Part shown: one piece after another, positions 36,074 to 44,459 of the stretch
How positions within the stretch are numbered: position 1 is the stretch's first letter
Layout of the letters: each line of letters opens with the position of its first letter
NCBI GenBank assembly: GCA_964597925.1
Contig: CAZQZT010000002.1
Coordinates: 39,038 to 103,037, forward strand
Length of the DNA: 64,000 nt
Reading direction: 5' to 3'
Origin: an uncultured Candidatus Saccharibacteria bacterium
Lineage (GTDB): Bacteria > Patescibacteriota > Saccharimonadia > Saccharimonadales > JBBQAJ01
Translations under genes and position numbers: made by a program
Notes under the pieces: model-generated
The model's database searches: none
Told to the model about the DNA's origin: nothing
Seen by the model: the letters and a program-made list of their open reading frames with translations, nothing else

Positions 36074-36111
36074 TGGTCAATGTTCAATCAACTCAGGTAA
36101 TATAAATACCC

Positions 36112-37719
36112 CTACTTTTTGAGTACGGCAGCTACAAAGCCGTCAAACATGGGATGCGGTCGGTTTGGACGCGATTTAAATTCTGGATGAAACTGGCTGG
36201 CTAAGAAAAATGGATGGTTTATACCTTCAATTATTTCTACGAGGTTGCTTTCTGGATTTACCCCGGTGGCACGTATTCCCCAGTCAGCATATTTATCACG
36301 GTAAGAGTTGTTGCATTCACCCCGGTGACGATGACGCTCTACGATTTTGGTGGTTCCATAAACTTTAGCGGCCAAAGTACCCTTTTCTAATACACAATCG
36401 TAATCTCCTAGGCGCATAGTTCCCCCAGTTTGCATTTTATCTTTTTGGTCATGCATGGTGTTTATGACTACGTTTTTACTCTCTGGGTTAAGTTCAAACG
36501 TGGTAGCATCTTTTATGCCGGCATTGCGCGCAGCGGCAATCACGCCCATTTGTAAGCCCAAACACAGGCCAAGGTACGGTTTGTTTGACTTCAAGGCGTA
36601 CTGAGCAGCTTTGATTTTGCCCTCTAGCCCTCGCTGACCAAATCCTCCTGGTACAACTATGCCATCGTAACCTTTGAGCACCGACTCTATATCGGCTTCT
36701 CCGGCATCGTATTTTGAAGCATCAATCCAGTCTATGTCGATTTTGGCTCCGTTATGCCACGCAGCCGCCTTTAGCGCCTCAAAAACGGACATGTAGGTGT
36801 CTGTGTTGTCCATGTACTTTGCCACAAAACCTATGTTAATTTTTTTATTATGATTGGTGGTAGCCATGTCTACTACCGAGCGCCACTTTTTCAGGTCTGG
36901 TTTTTTAGCCTTTAGACCCAATTTTTCAACTATAACATTAGCAATACCTGTGTCTTCTAGGGTAAGCGGAACTTCATATATGCTTTTGGCGGTTGGCAAT
37001 GATGCTATGGCTTCCACGGGCACGCCACTAAAAAGACTTAGTTTTTCTATAGCTGCTTTACTAGCCGGACTTTCACTTCTAGCCACTAGCAAATCAGGAG
37101 CAATGCCCAAACCACGCAGTTCACGTACAGAATTCTGTGCTGGCTTGGTCTTTGTCTCATTGCTAGCACCTAGGTATGGCAAGTAGACAACATGTACGTA
37201 GGCACAATTTTCTAGTCCAACCTTTATACCAAGCTCACGTATAGCCTCTACGAAAGAAAGTGATTCGTAGTCGCCCACCGTGCCACCAATTTCTACAATA
37301 TGTACATCAAAAACTTCACCTGCTTTGATAATCCAGTCCTGAATTGCCCCAGTTAGGTGGGGGATGATTTGCACATCGTCACCCTCGAAGAGGCCGGCTC
37401 TTTCGTCTTGAATCAGTTTTAGAAGTACACGCCCACTCATGAGGCTACTTCGAGAAGTCATCTCTTCATCTATGAAGCGCTCATAGTGACCGAGATCTAG
37501 GTCTGTTTCTGCGCCGTCTTTGGTGACAAAGCATTCACCGTGTTCTCGTGGGTTTAATAGCCCAGCGTCAACATTGAGATATGGATCACATTTTTGCAGG
37601 TTTACTTTGAGCCCGCGGGCTTTTAGGAGGTTACCGATTGAGGCGGCTGTGATGCCCTTGCCGAGTCCGGAAAGCACACCACCTGTAACAAATATAAACT
37701 TTGTCTGGCTTTTCGCCAT
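36112..37719 (-). CDS. pyrG: CTP synthase
   Basis: KFIFVTGGVLSGLGKGI, amidoligase and GATase domains (GLCLGLQ, HRHRGECN-like, QFHPEF). Confidence 0.93.
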   Translation of the reverse strand: MAKSQTKFIFVTGGVLSGLGKGITAASIGNLLKARGLKVNLQKCDPYLNVDAGLLNPREHGECFVTKDGAETDLDLGHYERFIDEEMTSRSSLMSGRVLLKLIQDERAGLFEGDDVQIIPHLTGAIQDWIIKAGEVFDVHIVEIGGTVGDYESLSFVEAIRELGIKVGLENCAYVHVVYLPYLGASNETKTKPAQNSVRELRGLGIAPDLLVARSESPASKAAIEKLSLFSGVPVEAIASLPTAKSIYEVPLTLEDTGIANVIVEKLGLKAKKPDLKKWRSVVDMATTNHNKKINIGFVAKYMDNTDTYMSVFEALKAAAWHNGAKIDIDWIDASKYDAGEADIESVLKGYDGIVVPGGFGQRGLEGKIKAAQYALKSNKPYLGLCLGLQMGVIAAARNAGIKDATTFELNPESKNVVINTMHDQKDKMQTGGTMRLGDYDCVLEKGTLAAKVYGTTKIVERHRHRGECNNSYRDKYADWGIRATGVNPESNLVEIIEGINHPFFLASQFHPEFKSRPNRPHPMFDGFVAAVLKK

Positions 37720-37797
37720 ACCCCCTACCGCCCCTCATTTATTACTTGTAGATACTACCTCACTTCTCTCGTTTAGGCAACTACGGAATTTGCAGAT

Positions 37798-39027
37798 TTA
37801 TTTATTTAGCTCGGCTTTAGCGGCTTCTAGCTGGGTATCTGTGCCTGATTTGAACTTTTCTTCGTCTAGTTTTACTTCTATGTTTGGCTTTATGCCGTCT
37901 TTGTTGATGTTTACACCGTTTGGCGTAAACCACTTGGCTATAGTGACTTTTAGTACGCTACCGTCACCCAGAGGCCCCAACTGCTGTACGCTACCTTTAC
38001 CAAAACTTTTTACGCCTATGAGAGTGGCGACTTTATTGTCTTGCAAAGCGCCTGCAGTGATTTCACTGGCACTGGCTGAACCTTCGTTTATGAGCACCAC
38101 CGTGGGTACACCAAGAAGCGTTGGATCGCCTTTGGCCCGGTAAGTTTTTACAACCAAACCAGCTCGTTTTTCCTGCAAAACAGTTTTTCCCGTTTGCAAC
38201 CACAAACTGCTGACATCTACCGCCGACTCTAAGTAACCGCCGGGATTACTCCGTACGTCTACAATCACACCCTTTACTTTCTGTTGTTTAAATTCCGTAG
38301 CGGCTTTTTGAGTTAATGCCACAGTATCTTCGCCGTAACGTGAGATTTTTATATAGCCGATGTTGCCATCAAGTATTTTGGTCTCAACGCTTGGTATGGA
38401 GATTGTTTCTCTTACAATTTCCATATCAATTTGCTCTGATTCGTTGCGTACAATCTTGAGTTTTACTTTGGTGCCTTTTTCGCCGCGTATTTTGCCTACT
38501 GCTTCGCTGATTGATTTACCCGAAATAGACTCACCATCTACTTGAATAATTAAGTCTTGGGCTTTTAAGCCAGCTTTTTCTGCTGGAAAGCCAGAAATTG
38601 GTGCAATTACAATTATATTGCCTTGGTCGTCTTTGCTGAGTTCCGCGCCAATTCCACTAAATTCACCTTTTAGCTGGTCGTCGTACTCCTTTGCATCATC
38701 TGTGCTCAGATATTCTGTATAAGGATCACCTGCTGCTGCTGCTAAGCCTGTTTTCATACCATCTAAGAGCTTGTTTACATCTAGTTGGCCATCGTAGTCC
38801 TTTTTAAGCGTGTCGTAGACTTTTTCTACAGAACTGTAGTCTAGGTTGGCTGGCATACCTTTTTGAACGCTTTTGCGAAACAGTTGTTCTTTGTTTATGA
38901 CAATTGTACCGTTGCCAATATTGAAGCCCATTATAAATATAAAGCCAGCTACTAAAGCTACTCCCAGAGTTTTAAAGACTCTACTTTCAGGCTTAAATTT
39001 CCCCATATTACGATGTTGTTTTTGCAC
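37798..39027 (-). CDS. Carboxy-terminal processing peptidase (S41) with PDZ domain
   Basis: N-terminal anchor. PDZ region (GFPAEKAGLKAQDLIIQVDG). S41 core (DVRSNPGGYL, NEGSASASEI, FGKGSVQ). Confidence 0.85.
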   Translation of the reverse strand: MQKQHRNMGKFKPESRVFKTLGVALVAGFIFIMGFNIGNGTIVINKEQLFRKSVQKGMPANLDYSSVEKVYDTLKKDYDGQLDVNKLLDGMKTGLAAAAGDPYTEYLSTDDAKEYDDQLKGEFSGIGAELSKDDQGNIIVIAPISGFPAEKAGLKAQDLIIQVDGESISGKSISEAVGKIRGEKGTKVKLKIVRNESEQIDMEIVRETISIPSVETKILDGNIGYIKISRYGEDTVALTQKAATEFKQQKVKGVIVDVRSNPGGYLESAVDVSSLWLQTGKTVLQEKRAGLVVKTYRAKGDPTLLGVPTVVLINEGSASASEITAGALQDNKVATLIGVKSFGKGSVQQLGPLGDGSVLKVTIAKWFTPNGVNINKDGIKPNIEVKLDEEKFKSGTDTQLEAAKAELNK

Positions 39028-39137
39028 AATTCCCTCTCAAATTTTTTTAGACCATTACATTATCTCACAGAACAAGCAGTCAGTCGCAAGTTATGAGCCG
39101 CAAACTAACCACTAATTACTCAAAACTCTGAACTCAT

Positions 39138-40367
39138 TTAGAAGTGAATGAAATTTAGACCTGCAGCAGAAATTCTCTTTTCACTATAGCGACCATCTAG
39201 TCCGGCGTTGTATTGACTGATATAAATGGTGCCGTCTCCGTACACGTACTCAACATACATTACATGGCCAAGACCACCAGCGTCTGTTTGAGCTACATCG
39301 CCCTCACGAGGGTTGCCATCAACGGCTATTCCCCAATCGCGGGCATTATTATCCCATTGGTTGGCATTGCCTATACCACCCCAATACGGCATGTGACGAC
39401 CAGAAGCTGCAACTTTAAAAGCTGCGTAGCTAACGCATTCGCGGTTGTACATACCCCAGCTATCAACGGCACTGTCTTGAGGAATTTCACACCACATAGC
39501 CGGATACCCACCACCACAAGCAGGCCCACTGCCTGGAACACCTCCAATAAATCTAGCATTTGCAATTAGTTGCTGACGTCGCAGCTCAGAAATATTGGAG
39601 TTGTTGGCTTTAATCTGAGCTGTAAATTGGTTTTTCTGATCTTGGGTATAGGCTAGCAAATTATTTTGTTGGGCCTGAGCCTCACTTAGCTGGCTATTCA
39701 TGGCCTGTTGGTCTGCAAGCAATTTTTCTACTTCTGTTTTTTGATCTTTAAGCTGTACTTTTAGGGAAGTGATTTTATCTAATGTGGTTTTTATTTTCTC
39801 TTGTACTGTGGTGCGATACTGTTGCTTGTCTAAGAATTCACTTAAGTCTTTGCTAGATGCCAACATTTCAAGTGTACTGATTTCACCCTCAACGTACATT
39901 GCCTTAATGTTGCTTCCTAGTAATTTCTTTTGTTTATCTAACTCTGCCTGAGCTGCTACAATTTGGGCCTGCAAAGCATCGCGCTTACCTTCGTTATCGC
40001 TAATTTGTTGCCGAATGATATTTATCTGAGCCTGAAGCCGGTCAATTTCACCCTGGTAGGATTCTGCTTGTGCTTGTAACTGATAAACCGTTGCCTTTTT
40101 CTGGCTATTTTCGGCCTGAATTGCTTTGATTTGTTCATCATATTGGTCGGCGCGAACCATAGGGCTAACAACAAAACCCGCCCCTAGCGCTAAAATGGCC
40201 GAGAGCGTTAATAGTCTTTGTCTAAATTTTGTATTTTTACTTTTCACTTTTTGTTTAGTTTTAAGCATAAACATATTACCATGACCTCTGACAAATAGCA
40301 ATAAGAAAATAGCAATTAGTGGTGCGCTGAAGATAATTATACTGAGAGCCAAAACAATTGAGGTCAA
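39138..40367 (-). CDS. Coiled-coil plus CHAP-domain peptidoglycan hydrolase (PcsB-like architecture)
   Basis: Signal/anchor (likely start about 40274), a long coiled-coil (QLQAQAESYQGEIDRLQAQINI...), and a C-terminal CHAP domain (NRECVSYAAF...GHVMYVEYV). It lies directly downstream of ftsEX. Confidence 0.8.
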   Translation of the reverse strand: MTSIVLALSIIIFSAPLIAIFLLLFVRGHGNMFMLKTKQKVKSKNTKFRQRLLTLSAILALGAGFVVSPMVRADQYDEQIKAIQAENSQKKATVYQLQAQAESYQGEIDRLQAQINIIRQQISDNEGKRDALQAQIVAAQAELDKQKKLLGSNIKAMYVEGEISTLEMLASSKDLSEFLDKQQYRTTVQEKIKTTLDKITSLKVQLKDQKTEVEKLLADQQAMNSQLSEAQAQQNNLLAYTQDQKNQFTAQIKANNSNISELRRQQLIANARFIGGVPGSGPACGGGYPAMWCEIPQDSAVDSWGMYNRECVSYAAFKVAASGRHMPYWGGIGNANQWDNNARDWGIAVDGNPREGDVAQTDAGGLGHVMYVEYVYGDGTIYISQYNAGLDGRYSEKRISAAGLNFIHF

Positions 40368-40405
40368 AAAACCACCCTTCTATGTTTATTGCTAATTATT
40401 TACTG

Positions 40406-41350
40406 TTATTTGCTTGTTTTGAATTTCAAATACCGCGTAGTAGCAATGGTGGAAGATGCGGCTCCTATAAGTATACCAATTGCTAGTTGTATAGCCAAAA
40501 TAGCCCAAAAATTGTCGGCAAAGTATGCGCTGGCAAACTTTATGTCCAATAAACCGAGACTACTCGCATCAAACGCAGAAGAAGAGAAAGCAAATAAAGC
40601 ATTGCAGAGCGTGACCGAAATGATTGCCGCAACTATTCCGTACATGACCGTTTCTACCACAAAAGGACCCCTTATATACCCTGTGCTGGCACCAAGCAAG
40701 CGCATAATCTGCAATTCATCGCGGCGGTTAAATATAGCCATGCGTATGGTGTTAAAAATGATCAGCATAGAAACAGTTGCGAAGATAACTACGCTGACAA
40801 GTCCAGCTCTGCTCAAAAATAAAGCCGCCTCGGTTATTTTATCTAAAGCCACCTTTCTGTCACCGGAATAAGATGTTTTGTCGGACTGCAATTCTTTAAC
40901 ATCTGGTTTGTCTAGATATGTTTGGATTTCTTGGATTTTGTTTGGATCAATAGGTCTTACCTGCACTGTGGCTGGCAACGGGTTGTCGGTCTGAGAAATA
41001 GCGAGTAAAAGATCTATGTTGTCTTGGTTTTGTTTTTTATACGATTCTAGGGCATCTTCTTTTGAAGAATAGTTCACTTCCTTAACATTCGGTATTTGCT
41101 TCAGTTCCTGAAGTAATTTGTTTTTTTGCTCTTGTGTTACATTATCTTTCAGATACATTGAAATATCAATCTTGTCTGTTATTTGCTGAATTGTATTTCC
41201 GAATGTCGCGTTAGCTATGACAGAAAATAGTATGATTGTGAGTGTTATAATCATGACGGCAATTGCGGCTATGGCAAGTGTAGCGTTGCGTATAAAATTT
41301 TGTGCGCCTGCTTTTATGATACGTCCGAGTGTTATCAAGCGATGCTTCAT
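40406..41350 (-). CDS. ftsX: Cell division ABC-transporter-like permease FtsX
   Basis: 4 TM segments with a large extracytoplasmic loop after TM1. Overlaps ftsE (ATGA). Confidence 0.85.
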   Translation of the reverse strand: MKHRLITLGRIIKAGAQNFIRNATLAIAAIAVMIITLTIILFSVIANATFGNTIQQITDKIDISMYLKDNVTQEQKNKLLQELKQIPNVKEVNYSSKEDALESYKKQNQDNIDLLLAISQTDNPLPATVQVRPIDPNKIQEIQTYLDKPDVKELQSDKTSYSGDRKVALDKITEAALFLSRAGLVSVVIFATVSMLIIFNTIRMAIFNRRDELQIMRLLGASTGYIRGPFVVETVMYGIVAAIISVTLCNALFAFSSSAFDASSLGLLDIKFASAYFADNFWAILAIQLAIGILIGAASSTIATTRYLKFKTSK

Positions 41351-42057
41351 TTTGAAGCCTCTCTGTTATATGCGCCATTTGCTTTGTCGCTGACTATTTG
41401 TCCATCTTTTATGGTTATGACCCTACGTTTTAATTTGTTTACAATTTCTTGGTTGTGCGTTGTCAGTAGTACCGTGGTGCCATAACGATTAATTTTTTCT
41501 AATATTTTAATGATGTCCCAGGCGTATTTAGGGTCTAAGTTACCTGTAGGCTCATCTGCTATAAGTATCTTTGGCTGACGTACTATTGCTCGGGCTATTG
41601 CAACACGCTGACGCTCCCCACCAGATAGCTCCATAGGCATGCGCTTTTCTTTGCCTTTCAGCCCTACTATATCCAATACTCGAGGTACGGTATGTTTGAT
41701 TTCGCTGTTTCCATAGCCAACTATTTCTAGTGCAAAGGCCACGTTTTCATATACATTTTTATTCGGTAATAATTTAAAATCTTGGAAAACCACACCAATC
41801 TTACGCCTAAGTAGCGGGATGTTTTTATCTTTTAATTTGTCATAATCTATTCCACCAATTACAATTTTGCCACTAGTTTGACGCTCTTCTCTAGTAAGAA
41901 GCTTTAGAAGCGTACTTTTACCGGCACCACTAGCGCCGATAATAATCACAAATTCTTTAGGTTCCACATATAAAGATATACGGTCCAACGCCGTAGAATT
42001 ACGATTATAAACTTTTGTTACCCTGTCAAGAAGAATCATGCTTATGTAGTATAGCAA
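41347..42057 (-). CDS. ftsE: Cell division ATP-binding protein FtsE
   Basis: Walker A GASGAGKST, signature LSGGERQRVAIARA, Walker B ILIADEPTGNLD. Confidence 0.88.
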   Translation of the reverse strand: MLYYISMILLDRVTKVYNRNSTALDRISLYVEPKEFVIIIGASGAGKSTLLKLLTREERQTSGKIVIGGIDYDKLKDKNIPLLRRKIGVVFQDFKLLPNKNVYENVAFALEIVGYGNSEIKHTVPRVLDIVGLKGKEKRMPMELSGGERQRVAIARAIVRQPKILIADEPTGNLDPKYAWDIIKILEKINRYGTTVLLTTHNQEIVNKLKRRVITIKDGQIVSDKANGAYNREASK

Positions 42058-42065
42058 ATGGATGC

Positions 42066-43151
42066 TTAGGTGCCGATTGCATGTTCTAGGTATGCGTTTA
42101 TAAATTCTTCTAAGTTACCGTCTAATACGGATTCTGCTTCTGTGGTTACGTAGTTAGTGCGCAGGTCTTTAACTTGCTTGTACGGATGTAGTACGTAGCT
42201 ACGAATCTGGTTGCCCCATGCGGCTTGTTCGTTGGGACCCTTGAGCTGTCTTAAGTCTTTAGCGTGCTGTTCTAGTTGTAGCTGGGCTAGCTTGGAGCGC
42301 AGGATTGTCATAGCTGTTTCTTTGTTTTGCGATTGGCTACGTTCGTTTTGAATCGCTACTACAATTCCTGTTGGGATATGCGTAATACGAACTGCCGAGT
42401 CAGTAGTATTAACTGACTGGCCACCTTTGCCACCGCTTCGATAGACATCTATTTTTAAATCTTTTTCATCTATAACTACATCTTCTGGCCTATCAATTTT
42501 AGGCATTACTTCGACTTTTGCAAAGCTGGTTTGGCGAAGATTGTCAGCGTTGAATGGACTAAGTCGCACAAGTCTATGTACACCGTGCTCTCCCTGCAAT
42601 TTGCCGTATGCAAAAGGACCGTCTATTTCAAAGGTTACGCTCTTTAGACCGGCTTCTTCTCCGTCTGACTGATCTATTGTGATGACAGCGAATTTTTGCG
42701 CTTCGGCGTAGCGCACATACATACGCAATAGCATTTGTGCCCAATCTTGGGCATCAGTGCCACCCGCACCGGCGTGTATGCTCAGTATTGCTGTATTGCC
42801 GTCAAATTGCCCCGCAAACAGTAGCTGCTGTTTTAGAACTGAGTAGCGAGTAGTGAGTACTGAGTACTTTTGCTGTAGTTCTGTCTCTAGACTGGAGTCA
42901 TTCAAAGCAATTAACTCCACAAGTTCATTGACCCCAGCTTCCAATTCTCGCCATGGCTTGATTCGCATCTCAATCTTAGACTGCTCTTTCATGAGTGTCT
43001 GGGCACGTGTTCGGTCTTCCCAGAGTTTTGGATCAGCTGTTTTTTTCTGCAGACCAGCTAGTTCTTTTTCCAATTCAGCAATATGAAGTCTGCTTAGCGC
43101 GTCCGTCAAAGATACTGCAAGTCCATCGGCTTGTTTACTAAGGTTTTCCAT
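42066..43151 (-). CDS. prfB: Peptide chain release factor 2 (contiguous ORF, no programmed frameshift)
   Basis: SPF tripeptide (RLSPFNA) and GGQ (SGGKGGQSVN). The N-terminal domain is in the same frame. Confidence 0.9.
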   Translation of the reverse strand: MENLSKQADGLAVSLTDALSRLHIAELEKELAGLQKKTADPKLWEDRTRAQTLMKEQSKIEMRIKPWRELEAGVNELVELIALNDSSLETELQQKYSVLTTRYSVLKQQLLFAGQFDGNTAILSIHAGAGGTDAQDWAQMLLRMYVRYAEAQKFAVITIDQSDGEEAGLKSVTFEIDGPFAYGKLQGEHGVHRLVRLSPFNADNLRQTSFAKVEVMPKIDRPEDVVIDEKDLKIDVYRSGGKGGQSVNTTDSAVRITHIPTGIVVAIQNERSQSQNKETAMTILRSKLAQLQLEQHAKDLRQLKGPNEQAAWGNQIRSYVLHPYKQVKDLRTNYVTTEAESVLDGNLEEFINAYLEHAIGT

Positions 43152-43169
43152 ACTACCTATAATTATATG

Positions 43170-44459
43170 TCACTTCGTCCAAAGTGGCGCTAAGATGTTC
43201 ATGAGCTGTTCTCGGAGCTCTTTGTTAGCAGTGCCCAAAAAGCCTGCTCCCCAGTGTGGTTTGGCAAAAAATTCATTCGTAATACTAATTATTTGTTCTT
43301 TAGTTATAGCTTTAATGCGTTCTGGAACAAGATAGTAATCTTCTACTATATCATCAAAGAAATAGCGCCCACTGTAACCTGCCGCTGTTCCGGAAACGGT
43401 TTGACCGCTACGCTGAAATCGCCCAAGTAAATACTGCTGTGCGGCTGATATATCCAAGTGAGTTACATTTCCATCGCAGACTGCTTGGATTTCTTTGGCG
43501 ATTATTGTAAATAATGCTGGAGCGTTTATTGTAGTTACCTGCGTGCCAAACCACCAGTTTGTAGCACATTTGGTCTGTAGATAGTTTGAACTCATGCCAT
43601 AAACTAGGCCTTTTTCTCTGGCTTCACCCAATATTCGCGAATGTAAAGTTTCTGTCAGCATAGTATTTACTAAACCAAGAGCATCAGCTTCATCTTCTGT
43701 AAGTCTTCTGTTTATGAACGTATCTAGATAAAAATGCATGTTTTCTACTGTGCGATTTTGAATATACAAAGGTTCTTTGAAGCCTTTTGGTTTTTCTTCG
43801 GGAAGTGCTATTCGTGCCCTGCCCCCACGCATGGACATGGTTTCAAGCAATTCCGTTAATAGCGTTTGACGGGCTGCCGTGAGTTTCCCAGCTACAACAA
43901 AGCGCATGTTACCCGTGAAGTGTGTTTTGGCGTAGTGATCGCGAATATCTTCTACTGTGACGTTTTTCATTTGCTTGATTCTTTGTTGATCTGTAAGCAC
44001 CTTGTAGCCGTATTTTTCTCTAAGTGCCAGGCTGAGATGCCGGAAATGGTTGTTTGACCTTCCAATCATTTCTTCTCTAACATTACCGTATTCAGCCTTG
44101 AATTCGTCTTCCAGAAATAGCGGCTTGCTAATTGCCACGAGAAGTAGGTTTGCTATTCGCTCCCATTCAAAATCTGCACATTCTGACTCATAAGTTATAT
44201 CGTAGCTACCTGTGCTGGCATTGCAGTATGCACCGTTTTTTTCAAACTCTGCCTGAAACGCGCGAGCCCTGGGAATTTGTTCGTTTGCCCCGAGCAACAA
44301 ATGCTCCATGAGATGAGCTGTTTCCCATTTGTCTTCTGGACACAGAAAATCACCGGCCCGAAAGTTTATCTCCATACTCATGACAGTTGCCCCGGGTACG
44401 TGAATGAATAATCCCTTGGCGCCGTTTTTTAGTGTCACTTCTTGGGCTGTATGCCTCAT
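43170..44459 (-). CDS. M16-family (pitrilysin-like) zinc peptidase
   Basis: Inverted zinc motif HLMEHLLL (HxxEH). 429 aa, two-lobed size. Confidence 0.75.
   Translation of the reverse strand: MRHTAQEVTLKNGAKGLFIHVPGATVMSMEINFRAGDFLCPEDKWETAHLMEHLLLGANEQIPRARAFQAEFEKNGAYCNASTGSYDITYESECADFEWERIANLLLVAISKPLFLEDEFKAEYGNVREEMIGRSNNHFRHLSLALREKYGYKVLTDQQRIKQMKNVTVEDIRDHYAKTHFTGNMRFVVAGKLTAARQTLLTELLETMSMRGGRARIALPEEKPKGFKEPLYIQNRTVENMHFYLDTFINRRLTEDEADALGLVNTMLTETLHSRILGEAREKGLVYGMSSNYLQTKCATNWWFGTQVTTINAPALFTIIAKEIQAVCDGNVTHLDISAAQQYLLGRFQRSGQTVSGTAAGYSGRYFFDDIVEDYYLVPERIKAITKEQIISITNEFFAKPHWGAGFLGTANKELREQLMNILAPLWTK

Noticed and set aside
37520-38143. 207-aa plus-strand ORF spanning the pyrG/ctp junction (and other long antisense ORFs, e.g. 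7639..8166 and 57583..58125)
   Set aside because: All are antisense to well-supported conserved genes (pyrG, S41 protease, topA, greA) and have Ser/Pro/Leu-rich antisense-type composition.
42066-43151. Programmed +1 frameshift in prfB
   Set aside because: The RF2 N-terminal domain, SPF and GGQ motifs are all in one uninterrupted frame, so no CTT-TGA-type shift site is needed. The presence of both RF2 and RF1 (63779..) also argues for the standard code with UGA as a stop.
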